This document shows, piece after piece, positions 29,301 to 38,980 of a stretch of 64,000 nt of DNA. The stretch is from Bacteroidota bacterium (GTDB lineage: Bacteria > Bacteroidota > Ignavibacteria > UBA10030 > UBA8401), in NCBI GenBank assembly GCA_049317705.1, contig JBMOHT010000003.1, positions 165 to 64,164 on the forward strand, written 5' to 3'. The notes under the pieces are model-generated. The model saw only the letters and a program-made list of their open reading frames with translations, searched no databases and had not been told where the DNA came from. The position numbers were made by a program, and so were the translations under genes. Numbering within the stretch: position 1 is the stretch's first letter; each line of letters begins with the position of its first letter.

Positions 29301-31711
29301 CTTCTGTCTCGTATTCCAAATCATCCAAAGATACTATTTTTGTTGCGAATGCCGGGATTCCGACAACCGACACTATTACATTCGTTGCACGCAATCTGAA
29401 TCAATTGCCGGTAAAAGGTGCAGCAGTTCAATTCTTCTTTGAGCAGGCACAAAATGCCAGTGAGTTCCTGAGTCCATCGTATGCAGTATCAGATGATTCC
29501 GGAAGGGTAAAAGTTGCCGTTCATAGCGGCATCAAAGCCGGAGTTCTGAAGGTTATGGCGAAAGTAACCGCCGGTAATTCCGTTATTTCATCACTGCCGG
29601 TGAATGTCTTTATTAAGACAGGACCGCTAAAATCTATTGCATTGATCAATGTCGATAAGAAGGAGATCTCTGTTCGCGGTGTCGGCGGTGAAGAAAATGC
29701 AGTCATCACCTATGAAGCACGAGATCTTCTGGGTAATCCTCTTGACTTTGCAAACCAAACAAAATTGTTCTTTAAAATGAAAGGTGTTGTCGGGTTCGAT
29801 GAAGAAGTGAAACCGGACAGTGCGTTGACAGATCCGTTCAGCGGCAGGGCTACAGTTACGGTCACGAGCGGTACCCGTTCAACGGTACTTCAATTGATCG
29901 CTCAAAACGCTGATTCCTCCATTAAATCATCTCCGGTGCCGATCGTCGTGCATGGCGGTTTTGCGGTGGATTCGCTGTTCATTTTCAAGAATGTCAAACG
30001 TAATATCTCCATCTACGAGCAAAATGCATCTGAATTTAAAATGCAGGTCGGTGATAGATACGGCAATCCGGTAAAACCGGGAACTGCGGTGTATTTTGAG
30101 ACTGAAGCCGGCATTATCGGAGCTTCTGCCTTTACCGATGCAGGAGGGAATGTCTCTACGAGTTTCAGCTCCGTCCTTGATAATTCCCGATTGGGATCAA
30201 AGGTCTTTAAAGCAAGCACGGTTGGACAAAGTGGATTGATCCAAAAATCCATCAATGTGTTGATGTCAGGCCGTCCTGCTATAACTGTAGTGAATTTACC
30301 GACAGACTCATTGACACTCTTCGATGGGACCTCTACAACGATCAATTACCGAATAGAGGATATCCTCGGTAATCCGATCTCATCGGGACACGGGTATCAG
30401 ATCTTTGTGGATGGTTCAGTTTCAAGCCAGATCACAATTACCGGTGATGTTTCCGGAGTTCTACCCGATACAGATGACAAAGTAAATGGGACGAAATTCA
30501 GTTTTGTGGTGTCGGACTTTGGTGTCAATAGCGGTACGGGAGGTAATTTTAAGATCCGTATCGTCGTTACAGGAACGACTGGTACAACGGTTAAAACGAT
30601 CAATGGAACGTTGCTTGCTCCGGCGAATATCGTTGTTCCACCTTCAGCCAGAGTTGCCGCTTCCATCCGATTGGAAAGTACTTCCCGAAACGATATCTCG
30701 ATCACCGGTGTAGGCGGAACGGAGAATGCCACTATCACTTATCAGGTGCTCGATTCCGTCGGTGCTCCTGTTGATCGGCAGAACAAAGCTACGGTCGCCT
30801 ATAAAGTGAATTTCAATCCGAACGGATTCACATTAGGAGGAACACCTCCGAAGATCCTTCCGCTGATCGACAGCACAGATGAGAATGGAAAGAGCAGAGT
30901 ATCGATCACCAGCGGAACTCAAGCCGGTGTGGTGCAGATCGAAGCGACCATTACAATGACTAATCCTGTCAGGACGATCAAATCGCAGCCGGTGACAATT
31001 TCGATCAACTCCGGCTTTGCAGATCAGGGACATTTTACACTCTCTCCGAACAGATATAATTTCCCGGGTCTTCAGAGATCATTCTTACCCATGAGCGTTA
31101 CGGTCCAGATCGGGGATAAATACAGCAATCCTGTGAAACAAGGAACTGTTGTATATTTCAATTCAGCGAATGGTATCATTCAGACACAGCAAGGATTGAC
31201 CGATAACAATGGATTCGTTACGATGACACTATTCTCAGGTAATCCTCTACCGTTATCACCGAAGCTTGCATCCGGATTGACGGACGGTTACTCACGAGTG
31301 TACGCACGAACGATCGGAAGGGATAGCGCGAACATACTGGATTCAGTTGATATTCTCTGGACGGGGAGCCCGATTGTAACAAAGACGGATGCGATCAATT
31401 CGTACACCATTGCGAATGGCGGAACAGCAGGACCGTTCTCCTTCACCGTGCTGGATTACCTTGGTCATCCAATGTCTGAAGGGACATCGATCGCTGTAGA
31501 AGCGACCGGATTAGAGGTCAGCGGTAACGCAAACATTACCATGCCTGATACAAAATCAACCGGTGCGGGGCTTACCTCATTTACGTTCACAGTGAAGGAT
31601 GCTAACTTGACTGATACCGAGCCGCCGGCGGCAAGCCTGATCACGGTCATTGTAACACATCCGGTTTATGGGACATACAAACGTGTGATCGCATCAGGAA
31701 CAGTGGATTAA
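26354..31711 (+). CDS. Giant lipoprotein with bacterial Ig-like (Big/invasin-type) domain super-repeats (1785 aa)
   Basis: Lipobox LGIFSC; four ~350-500-aa modules each containing recurring blocks IS(I/V)(R/K)G.GG.EN..(I/M).(F/Y)E.RD.LG.P.D, GGLPA.S.FTL and V.F.T.GG.I; no T9SS-type C-terminal domain recognised. Confidence 0.7.
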   Translation: MKYLMRVLTSAVLILVLGIFSCQDPNAPTSDFTVTVTGTAVNKKGATQDSVIVVLDNPFRRDTTKSDGTFSYTFTSSEKNEVTATFKFTHRNLAFRETTLTRTYSSSKKTIAFGEVTLNGVDSSADNQDPTRPSSRAGVVTFVSSTFKTISIRGAGGNEVTNLTFEVRDSLGTPVDDKNKISVSFKLITKPDIAVELNRTNATTNSIGQVVVQLTSGDKAGIAQVQAVTAVKNLVDTTKFDTLKSQIISVAIAGGLPAISHFTLGSEKLNVPGLVRFGMKNTITAIVADTFGNPVQKGTIVSFTTNGGIIKNSAETSEDGLVSVDLITSYPYPPNGFATVTAQVGTPGILATKSNDGDAANSASMDEAVVIKGLRNKKNPQTRKGSSLMLKTAGGTTFSKSINVLFTGAPRITSNDSTFFVPPLGTKQIQFTVDDINGNPMVGGTSIKVTGVGLDTTGAVLTGDLVSDVKDSHDKSYTKFNISVADKRTKNLSANIPITINIEVAGDNGNIKKSFTGVLSSIVSGDSGKVGTVSLVNSSTDSIVASGAGSPNSVTVQAKVLTVVGQPSASIPVNFTIVKNVNGGEYLSSQVAFTNAAGIATTTLYSGIRAGLVQVQASVKKDSLAISSDLKNIYIKTGKVSSIFLVSVSAPIISVKGGGGNENSVMVFEGRDSLGNAIDGSNQASITFLLKGDTSGARINPTIIGTDPNTGRVTASLSSGNQSGIIQVVAQSGSVQSRAVQISVSGGLPAQSQFTLNMPKKNYSILTDKTTIPSVTVGDAQGNPVSPNTLVNFKTNGGLISSAAFTNADGSASTTLQIVNPQPPGGVATIEAKTFGANGVIIRDTQTVVFSREAVITEVGGPFNNFEIEDGLSKTFQYTVADVNGNPLSQGNVITVESFGLASGNIVISGDINVSLNDSKIQGIGTTQFSFTARDTVKDEGQGPKPLGFKIKVTGPNTIGTLVSTFNGTLKGGAGVGNEGSVASVSYSKSSKDTIFVANAGIPTTDTITFVARNLNQLPVKGAAVQFFFEQAQNASEFLSPSYAVSDDSGRVKVAVHSGIKAGVLKVMAKVTAGNSVISSLPVNVFIKTGPLKSIALINVDKKEISVRGVGGEENAVITYEARDLLGNPLDFANQTKLFFKMKGVVGFDEEVKPDSALTDPFSGRATVTVTSGTRSTVLQLIAQNADSSIKSSPVPIVVHGGFAVDSLFIFKNVKRNISIYEQNASEFKMQVGDRYGNPVKPGTAVYFETEAGIIGASAFTDAGGNVSTSFSSVLDNSRLGSKVFKASTVGQSGLIQKSINVLMSGRPAITVVNLPTDSLTLFDGTSTTINYRIEDILGNPISSGHGYQIFVDGSVSSQITITGDVSGVLPDTDDKVNGTKFSFVVSDFGVNSGTGGNFKIRIVVTGTTGTTVKTINGTLLAPANIVVPPSARVAASIRLESTSRNDISITGVGGTENATITYQVLDSVGAPVDRQNKATVAYKVNFNPNGFTLGGTPPKILPLIDSTDENGKSRVSITSGTQAGVVQIEATITMTNPVRTIKSQPVTISINSGFADQGHFTLSPNRYNFPGLQRSFLPMSVTVQIGDKYSNPVKQGTVVYFNSANGIIQTQQGLTDNNGFVTMTLFSGNPLPLSPKLASGLTDGYSRVYARTIGRDSANILDSVDILWTGSPIVTKTDAINSYTIANGGTAGPFSFTVLDYLGHPMSEGTSIAVEATGLEVSGNANITMPDTKSTGAGLTSFTFTVKDANLTDTEPPAASLITVIVTHPVYGTYKRVIASGTVD

Positions 31712-31735
31712 CGTTTAGGAATGCAATGTACCATC

Positions 31736-31768
31736 GAGCGTCCTGCGTGAGCAGGACGTTCGTGTTTT
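31736..31768. terminator. Bidirectional hairpin terminator between convergent giant-lipoprotein and UDG genes
   Basis: GAGCGTCCTGC-GTGA-GCAGGACGTTC followed by GTTTT. Confidence 0.45.
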
Positions 31769-32492
31769 AAAGGTATCGTTTTGCAGTGCGGAAGATGGAA
31801 TTGAACATTGGTTCCGTCAATGTACCGGTGAACGTATTCTGCTGGCTGGGGTGATAACTTCCGATGAGGATGATATTCGAAGTGATCGGCTCGATCACAC
31901 CGTGAGAGAATTTTGGACGAGAAGACCGCTCTGTCCAACCCAGTGATCTCATGCAATCGAATGCTGTATCAAAACCGGTCTTACCGAGTCCGATCACAAC
32001 GCGGAGGTCTTTCAGCAGTAGGAATTCATCGAGGATGTAACGACGACATTTTATTAGTTCATCCGGCAGGGGTTTATTGTCGGGAGGAGCACAACGGCAT
32101 GCGGCAGTGATATAGCTATTGGTCAATGATAGTCCGTCATCCTTTTGGATTGAATCAGGCTGATTCGCAAATCCCGCTTTATACAGTGCACGAAACAGCC
32201 ATTTTCCGCTCTCATCACCCGTGAACATCCGGCCTGTTCTGTTCGCGCCATGCGCTGCAGGTGCAAGTCCAACCAATAACAGCTGAGCCTTCGGGTCGCC
32301 AAATCCGGGGACGGGTCTACCCCAGTATTCGCAGTCCATGAATCGCTTCGTCTTCATCTGAGCGACAGTCTCACGCCATTCGACGAGACGCGGGCAATCG
32401 CGACAGGAAATTATCTTTCGGTGAAGGGCAGGGAGTGATCTTGTCATGGGATCGAAAGAAGGGATGTGGAAGACCCTGTCAAGGTCAAGCAT
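31767..32492 (-). CDS. Uracil-DNA glycosylase, family 4/5 (Fe-S cluster type)
   Basis: GLAPAAHGANRTGRMFTGD motif, four Cys ligands (CRDCPRL..., CRCAPP...C). Confidence 0.75.
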   Translation of the reverse strand: MLDLDRVFHIPSFDPMTRSLPALHRKIISCRDCPRLVEWRETVAQMKTKRFMDCEYWGRPVPGFGDPKAQLLLVGLAPAAHGANRTGRMFTGDESGKWLFRALYKAGFANQPDSIQKDDGLSLTNSYITAACRCAPPDNKPLPDELIKCRRYILDEFLLLKDLRVVIGLGKTGFDTAFDCMRSLGWTERSSRPKFSHGVIEPITSNIILIGSYHPSQQNTFTGTLTEPMFNSIFRTAKRYL

Positions 32493-32521
32493 TTACGCTC
32501 GTTCATTGACAGGGATGTATA

Positions 32522-33331
32522 TTACAATTTGATCTGCGCCATGAACGCTGTCAGATGTTTATTGAACTCGGCTGGGTTCTCCATGTTACTGACATGACCG
32601 GCGCCGGGAATGACGAACATCTCCGCTCCCGGGATCTTATCCTTCAGAATTTGTGCTGCAGCAACGGGGGTAACAGTATCTTTCTCGCCGACCAGGATCA
32701 ACGTCGGGCATTTGATATTCGGAAGATGATGCGTCGTATCGGTGCGTCCCGCCAGTGCGAGCAGCGTACCGAAGATCGCTGTCGGTGCCGTCCGTTCCAC
32801 GATACTTTGGATCATCTTCACGGATTCGGCCTTTCCTTCGAATGACTGCGGCGCAAAGACGATCTTCACATAATCCTGAGCGTAATATTTCATTCCGTTC
32901 GCTTGGACGAATTTCATTCCGTTCGCACGTTTGATCTTCGCTTCATTCCCGTCCGCCTCACTTTTTGTGTCGGCAAGGACAAGACCGATAATGCGGTCAG
33001 GATTCCGTTCTACGGCTCGAAGAGCAATGTATCCGCCCATGGAAAGTCCGCACAGGACCGCCTTTGGGATATTCAAATGGTCCATGAGCAGAAAGAGGTC
33101 ATCCACAAAGAGTTCAATGGCATAATGACCTGTGCCGACCTCGCTCTCACCGTGGCCGCGAAGGTCGTATGCAATGACACGATTCGAAGCAGTGAGCGCA
33201 TCCACCTGACCGCCCGGGAAGTTCCACATCTTGTGACTGAATGGGAATCCATGGATGAAGATGATCGGAACGGCGCTCTGTGAACCGACGTCGATATACC
33301 GCAGCAGTGAATTATTGATCGTTGCTTTCAT
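32522..33331 (-). CDS. Alpha/beta-fold hydrolase
   Basis: IIFIHGFPFSHKMW, nucleophile elbow GLSMGGY, C-terminal His in GAGH. Confidence 0.75.
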   Translation of the reverse strand: MKATINNSLLRYIDVGSQSAVPIIFIHGFPFSHKMWNFPGGQVDALTASNRVIAYDLRGHGESEVGTGHYAIELFVDDLFLLMDHLNIPKAVLCGLSMGGYIALRAVERNPDRIIGLVLADTKSEADGNEAKIKRANGMKFVQANGMKYYAQDYVKIVFAPQSFEGKAESVKMIQSIVERTAPTAIFGTLLALAGRTDTTHHLPNIKCPTLILVGEKDTVTPVAAAQILKDKIPGAEMFVIPGAGHVSNMENPAEFNKHLTAFMAQIKL

Positions 33332-33388
33332 TCGTATGCTCCAAAATAAAAACGTCCCGCAAGTGCGGGACGTTCGATGAGAGTGCTG

Positions 33389-34678
33389 TTACTTTCTCTG
33401 GTCGATCCCGACATAGTCACGGGTGTCGTGTCCAAGGTAGATCTGGCGCGGACGGGCGATCTTCTGGTCCTCATCCAGCAGCATTTCCTGCCAGTGAGTG
33501 ATCCATCCTGATGTGCGGGGGATGGCGAAGAGGACCGGGAAGAATTCCATCGGGAAGCCCATTGCTTTATAGATGAGTCCTGAATAGAAGTCCACATTCG
33601 GATACAATTTCCGTTTCACGAAATACTCATCGCTCAATGCGATGCGTTCCAGTTCCAATGCGATCTCGAGTTTCGGATCGACACCGGTCACTTTGAATAC
33701 CTCGTCCGCAAGTTCCTTGATGACCTTTGCACGGGGATCGTAGTTCTTGTAGACGCGGTGACCGAAGCCCATCAGTCTGCCTTCTCCCGCTTTCACTTTC
33801 TCGATGAATGCCGGTACGTTCTTGATGTTGCCGATGTGATCGAGCATCCTCAGAACCGCTTCATTTGCTCCGCCGTGCAGTGGACCGTACAATGCTGCTG
33901 CCGCAGCAGCCGTAGCGGAGTACGGATCGACCTGAGAACTGCCGACACTGCGCATTGCGCTGGTGCTGCAGTTCTGTTCGTGGTCCGCGTGCAGGATGAA
34001 GAGGATGTTCAACGCTTTTTCGAATATCGCCGGTACCTCATATTTATGTGAACCGATGCTGTACATCATGTTCAAAAAATTCTTGATGAAACTGAGGTCA
34101 TTGTTCGGATACACATACGGCATCCCTTTGATATGACGGTAGGAGAATGCTGCGATGGTCGGGACCTTACCGATCAGACGGAGGACCTGTTTCTGGCGGA
34201 CCTCCTGATCGAACACTTTGTTCGCTTCCGGATAGAATGTGGAAAGGGCAGCGACGGTGCTGATGAACATTCCCATGGGATGAGCATCATACCGGAATCC
34301 TTCCATCAATTTCTTCACATTCTCGTGGATGTATGTATGAAGCATAACGCTTGCTTCCCAGTCCTCGAGCTGTTTCTTGGTCGGCAGTTCACCGTTCAGC
34401 AGGAGGAAGGTCACTTCAAGATATGAGCTCTTTTCCGCCAGCTGTTCGATCGGATATCCTCTGTACCGCAGGATCCCTTTGTCGCCGTCGATGTAGGTAA
34501 CGGTGCTTTTGCACGACGCGGTATTCATGAATGCCGGATCGTATGTCATCATGCCGAAATCATCCTCGGCTACTTTGATCTTTCGGAGGTCGGTCGCATG
34601 GATTGTGCCGTAATTGATCGGCAATTCATACGATTTGCCGGTCCGATTATCTGTGATCGTAAGCGTTTCTTTAGACAT
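33389..34678 (-). CDS. gltA: Citrate synthase
   Basis: Start moved to internal Met at 34678 (MSKETLTITDNRTGKSYELPI, typical N-terminus); GFGHRVYKNYDPRA catalytic motif. Confidence 0.9.
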   Translation of the reverse strand: MSKETLTITDNRTGKSYELPINYGTIHATDLRKIKVAEDDFGMMTYDPAFMNTASCKSTVTYIDGDKGILRYRGYPIEQLAEKSSYLEVTFLLLNGELPTKKQLEDWEASVMLHTYIHENVKKLMEGFRYDAHPMGMFISTVAALSTFYPEANKVFDQEVRQKQVLRLIGKVPTIAAFSYRHIKGMPYVYPNNDLSFIKNFLNMMYSIGSHKYEVPAIFEKALNILFILHADHEQNCSTSAMRSVGSSQVDPYSATAAAAAALYGPLHGGANEAVLRMLDHIGNIKNVPAFIEKVKAGEGRLMGFGHRVYKNYDPRAKVIKELADEVFKVTGVDPKLEIALELERIALSDEYFVKRKLYPNVDFYSGLIYKAMGFPMEFFPVLFAIPRTSGWITHWQEMLLDEDQKIARPRQIYLGHDTRDYVGIDQRK

Positions 34679-34698
34679 AATTCTCCACAAAGAAAGAG

Positions 34699-36222
34699 TT
34701 AATAAACTGGTTGAGCAAATGTTGAAAGTTCTTTGGCTGACTGTGCTTCGATCTCGGCATGCAGACTGTTCCCGTGAGCATCCATTGTAACGATCGCAGG
34801 GAAATTCTTCACGGTGAGATGCCACATTGCTTCGGGGAGTCCGAACTGCTCAAGATCGACTCCGTCAACCGAGGTGATACATTGTGCATAGTACTGAGCG
34901 GCACCGCCGATGGCGTTCAAATAGACCGCTCCATGCTCCTGTAAGGCGGCAAGTGTCTTCTTTCCCATGCCCCCTTTTCCGATCACAGCACGGACACCGA
35001 ATTTTTTGATGATGTCCGCCTGATACGGTTCTTCACGGCCGCTGGTCGTGGGACCGGCTGCAGTGATCTTCCATTGTCCATCCTTTTTGATCGTGACTGG
35101 ACCGCAATGATACAATGCCTGACCGTGAAGATCAACGGGCGGGTCGTTCGTCATTAAATGCGCGTGGATCGCATCGCGTCCGGTATACATCTTTCCGCTG
35201 ATCAGGACCACATCACCGACCTTCAATGAACGCACTTTCTCTTCGGTCAACGGTGTCTCGAGCATGATCTCTTTCCCGGAGAGGGGAATCTCAGATCCTT
35301 TTCCCATGGTGATGACCGGTGCATCTTCTTTATAGATCCACCGTTTGATCTTTCCTGTTTTTGCATCGAGAATGACACCCTGACGGCGGAATGCCCAGCA
35401 ATCATACGCAACAGAGACGAAGAAACTTGCGGGAAGGCGGTTCTGCACTCCGATCTTACATCCGATCAATGTGGAATTGCCGCCGAATCCCATCGTACCG
35501 ATCTTCAGATCGTTCACATGTTCCATGATGTACTGTTCAAGTTCAGCAAGCGTCGGATTCGGATTTACATCATCGATCGTCCTGAACAACTGTTTCTTGG
35601 CGTGTTCATATCCGGATGTCCTATCGCCTCCGATACAGACCCCGACCGCACCGATGGCGCATCCATGACCTTGAGCCTGCCACACGGCATGAAGGATGCA
35701 TTTGCGGATTCCATCGAGGTTACGTCCTGCTTTTCCGAGATGCTCAAGTTCCATGGGAAGGGAATACTGGATGTTCTTATTCTCGCATCCGCCGCCTTTC
35801 AGCAGCAGTTTCACTTCGATCTCGTCGTTATTCTCCCATTGTTCCCAATGCATCACCGGAGTCCCTTCACCGAGATTATCACCGCTGTTCTTTCCGGTCA
35901 ACGAATCTACCGAATTTGAACGGAGTTTCCCGGATCGGGTGCTTTCCGCAACGGCATCGCGGATCCAACGTTTCATTTCGATCTGGTTTGCACCGACAGG
36001 TGTGTGAATGAAGAAGGTCGGCATGCCGGTATCCTGGCATATCGGACCTACATTCTCACATGCCATATCGATATTGGTGGCGATTGTCTCCAACGCGAGT
36101 GCGGAGCGGGTGCCGTCTGTCTCTTTTTTCTGAGCGGCTTTGATCGCTTTGCGTACATCGGGGGGGAGATTGCTGGATGTATCGGCGATCAGGTCGAGCA
36201 TGCTTTGCTTGAACTCGTTCAT
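34699..36222 (-). CDS. Class I (Fe-S) fumarate hydratase / L(+)-tartrate dehydratase-type hydro-lyase, fused alpha+beta
   Basis: Start moved to internal Met at 36222 (MNEFKQSM, GGAG RBS); Cys ligands and fumarase class I alpha and beta domain blocks; 507 aa. Confidence 0.85.
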   Translation of the reverse strand: MNEFKQSMLDLIADTSSNLPPDVRKAIKAAQKKETDGTRSALALETIATNIDMACENVGPICQDTGMPTFFIHTPVGANQIEMKRWIRDAVAESTRSGKLRSNSVDSLTGKNSGDNLGEGTPVMHWEQWENNDEIEVKLLLKGGGCENKNIQYSLPMELEHLGKAGRNLDGIRKCILHAVWQAQGHGCAIGAVGVCIGGDRTSGYEHAKKQLFRTIDDVNPNPTLAELEQYIMEHVNDLKIGTMGFGGNSTLIGCKIGVQNRLPASFFVSVAYDCWAFRRQGVILDAKTGKIKRWIYKEDAPVITMGKGSEIPLSGKEIMLETPLTEEKVRSLKVGDVVLISGKMYTGRDAIHAHLMTNDPPVDLHGQALYHCGPVTIKKDGQWKITAAGPTTSGREEPYQADIIKKFGVRAVIGKGGMGKKTLAALQEHGAVYLNAIGGAAQYYAQCITSVDGVDLEQFGLPEAMWHLTVKNFPAIVTMDAHGNSLHAEIEAQSAKELSTFAQPVY

Positions 36223-36232
36223 AGAACTCTCC

Positions 36233-36931
36233 TCAACGAATATCCTCGCTCCAGAAGGTAAAATTCTCACTTTGATTCATCAATGCAAGCTTTGTGGGAA
36301 CGACCTGAAGATTGATCTGCTGGGCTGATTCATTGAATGATATGTCGAACACAAATGACAATTTGAAGAAAATATCCGATTCACGGTTCTTCGCATCCTG
36401 AGCTGTCTGTTTATTGACGAACCATGTGAATTCAGGGTTGGTATTGAGATGAATATATGCTCTTCTGTAACCTTTGGAATTCTTTTCGGTGAGCGCAATG
36501 TATTTATTTTCCGGCATGGAAAGAGCGACCTCGTTCTTCTTCGGCTGGACCAGAATCTGCGTGGAAGATCTCAGTCCGTATGTCTGATTGTCGGCATCGT
36601 ATTTCACCAGATCGGCCTTGAACCAAACATTGTAGACACGGGAATTAAGTTTGTTATCACTGTAGAATTTTCTGATCTTGTTGACGTATTCGTCTTTGCT
36701 TCTCTGTATGCGGGCGTTGTATTCTGCGGATGATTCGAATTCATTCTTTGCGGATGCTTCTGCTTGGTACTGTTCGGAAAGTTTCTTCAAACCATCCCAC
36801 ACAGTCTTGATCACATCATAACATTTCTCCGCCGTCAACGTTTGATTCGGGTCGTGTGTCTCCAGAACATTTTGAGCGAATGTTCTGGAACAACAGAAGA
36901 CGAGTAATAAGAGGAATGTCGAAACTTTCAT
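36233..36931 (-). CDS. Hypothetical secreted protein
   Basis: Start moved to internal Met at 36931 (MKVSTFLLLLVFCCSRTFAQ signal peptide); no recognised domain. Confidence 0.5.
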   Translation of the reverse strand: MKVSTFLLLLVFCCSRTFAQNVLETHDPNQTLTAEKCYDVIKTVWDGLKKLSEQYQAEASAKNEFESSAEYNARIQRSKDEYVNKIRKFYSDNKLNSRVYNVWFKADLVKYDADNQTYGLRSSTQILVQPKKNEVALSMPENKYIALTEKNSKGYRRAYIHLNTNPEFTWFVNKQTAQDAKNRESDIFFKLSFVFDISFNESAQQINLQVVPTKLALMNQSENFTFWSEDIR

Positions 36932-37210
36932 AACTCTATCCTTTAATTTTCTGGTGAAATATACAACTTTTTTCGTGATTTTGTAGTAAAATCTGATGAA
37001 ATTCAAGAAATGAGATGATTTACTCTATTTTCTATTTCCACTATTCTCCATAATGACTTATGCTGAACTAGTGAAAGACATTGATCAGAAATTATGAAAC
37101 AGGGCCATCGGTGTTTTGCTGTCGCGTTGTTCAGGACTAATATTTTATTGTATTGTTCGGCGGTGAATCTTCGCTGAAAGGCTAATGCAAACGTTGGAAG
37201 GAATGATCCA

Positions 37211-38980
37211 TTGAACATATTACAGGTCCTCTCGCAATTTGAAGTGACCGGAGCAGAGACATTTGCAGCAGCGCTTGCTGATACACAGATCGCGAACGGC
37301 CATACCGTCTATATCCTCTCAGACAATTTCTACACAAAAACCAATGCCACAGTGATCTCCCATCCCATCGGGAAACGTGATTTGGCACAACGGTGGAAAA
37401 ATGTCGCATTCATTAAGAATTTCATCAGGGAAAAGAAGATCGACGTTGTCCATGCTCATTCCCGGGCAGCAAGCTGGGTCTGTTATTTTGCTACGCGAAA
37501 CGGGAACGTACCGCTTGTTTCATCTATCCATGGAAGACAACACCTGCATTTCTCATCGAAAATGTTCTCTGTTTATGGGGAAAAAAGAGTGGCGGTCTGT
37601 AAATCCATCTACGATCACCTGAATCACGATCTGAAGTATGAATTGGATACTCTGTCGCTCGTCCACAACGGCATCGAAATGTCGAAATGGAGATTCGAGA
37701 GACACAATCCTCCGAAACGAACGAAGAAGATCGTGTCATACGTCGGCAGATTGTCGGGTTTCAAAGGGGATACACTGCTGATCATTGTGGAACAGATCTT
37801 TCCGAAGGTGCTGGAGCGGTATCCTGATGTTGAATTCCATATCATCGGAGGGATGAACGAGAAGAGTAAGATCATTCCTGCGATCGACACAACGAATAAG
37901 AGGATGGGGAAGGAATTCATCATTGCCAAAGGATTCAGCAATGATGTTGAACGGGTGTACCGGGACTCTGACCTGATCATCGGTTCGGGACGGGTTGCAA
38001 TGGAGGCACTTGCATGCGGCTCACCTGTTGTAGCGATCGGTGAGTCCAATTATGTCGGTATCCTTTCGGAGGAGACCGAACGGGAAGCGGTGATAACGAA
38101 CTTCGGCGACCTGGAAGCGCGCCGCCCGATCGATGTTGAGAATTCTGTCCTGTCCATTCTGAAAGGATTGGAGCATCCGGAATCCATCGAAGGAACATGG
38201 GGACGGAACTTCATTGAGAAGAATTTTGAGATCAAAGCTGTTACCGCTCAGATCGACGGGGTCTATGTTGAGGCGATCGCAACGAAGAAGGGTATCACTG
38301 AGATCCCTGTCCTTTCATATCACGCGGTGACGAACGGCGCCGGATCCGAACGGAAGCTGTCCGCGATAGAATTTGAGAAACAATTACATTTCATGAAAGA
38401 ACGGAAGTTCACTGCGCTGAACTTTTATGACATCGGCAGGATACTCTCGTTGAAACTCCCGCTTCCTGAACGACCGGTCATCCTCACCTTCGATTCGTTC
38501 AGTGACAATGCCGACGTTGCCGCTCCATTGCTGAAGCGTTATGGATTCAACGCTTGTTTCTTCCTTCAGTCGAAGCCGGTGTATGACAGCGGGTTGCCAT
38601 CGATGACCTTCGAACAGGCGCGTGCGTTGAAGCAGGACGGCTTCGAGATCGGCTCCGCATCTGAAACACGTCCGAAGATGAATATCCTTGCAGAAGAACA
38701 GTTACTTCCGGAGATCGAAGGTTCTAAATCGGCAATAGAGAAGGAAATCGGTTCTCCGATCATCACATTCGCATATCCCGGCGGATATGTGAACGAAAAG
38801 ATCAAAACGATGGTCCGCAATTCGGGGTACCGCTTTGCCGTCACCAACGATTCCGGACGAAGGAATTTCTGGTCAGACCTCCTCAAGATCCGCCGCATCC
38901 AGGTCTTCAGCGGATCATCATTGTTCTCATTCTGGAAAAAGACCTCCGGACGTTATCACTGGTATAAAGATGTTTATTGA
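37211..38980 (+). CDS. GT4-family glycosyltransferase fused to a C-terminal CE4 (NodB-type polysaccharide deacetylase)-like domain
   Basis: N-terminal GT-B/GT4 region (~370 aa, E-x7-E-like region); C-terminal ~200 aa with TFDSFSDN / EIGSASETRP / AYPGGY blocks aligning to CE4 motifs 1-3 but lacking the Asp-His-His metal ligands; TTG start. Confidence 0.65.
   Translation: MNILQVLSQFEVTGAETFAAALADTQIANGHTVYILSDNFYTKTNATVISHPIGKRDLAQRWKNVAFIKNFIREKKIDVVHAHSRAASWVCYFATRNGNVPLVSSIHGRQHLHFSSKMFSVYGEKRVAVCKSIYDHLNHDLKYELDTLSLVHNGIEMSKWRFERHNPPKRTKKIVSYVGRLSGFKGDTLLIIVEQIFPKVLERYPDVEFHIIGGMNEKSKIIPAIDTTNKRMGKEFIIAKGFSNDVERVYRDSDLIIGSGRVAMEALACGSPVVAIGESNYVGILSEETEREAVITNFGDLEARRPIDVENSVLSILKGLEHPESIEGTWGRNFIEKNFEIKAVTAQIDGVYVEAIATKKGITEIPVLSYHAVTNGAGSERKLSAIEFEKQLHFMKERKFTALNFYDIGRILSLKLPLPERPVILTFDSFSDNADVAAPLLKRYGFNACFFLQSKPVYDSGLPSMTFEQARALKQDGFEIGSASETRPKMNILAEEQLLPEIEGSKSAIEKEIGSPIITFAYPGGYVNEKIKTMVRNSGYRFAVTNDSGRRNFWSDLLKIRRIQVFSGSSLFSFWKKTSGRYHWYKDVY

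Noticed and set aside
26354-31711. Periodic sequence similarity at DNA level that could be mistaken for a repeat array or CRISPR
   Set aside because: Periodicity is ~1-1.5 kb and the units are long, imperfect and entirely within one continuous reading frame. These are protein-domain super-repeats. There are no short direct repeats with unique spacers.
35518-36270. Several 85-133-aa plus-strand ORFs overlapping the fumarase gene
   Set aside because: Antisense to a well-supported Fe-S fumarase; spurious.
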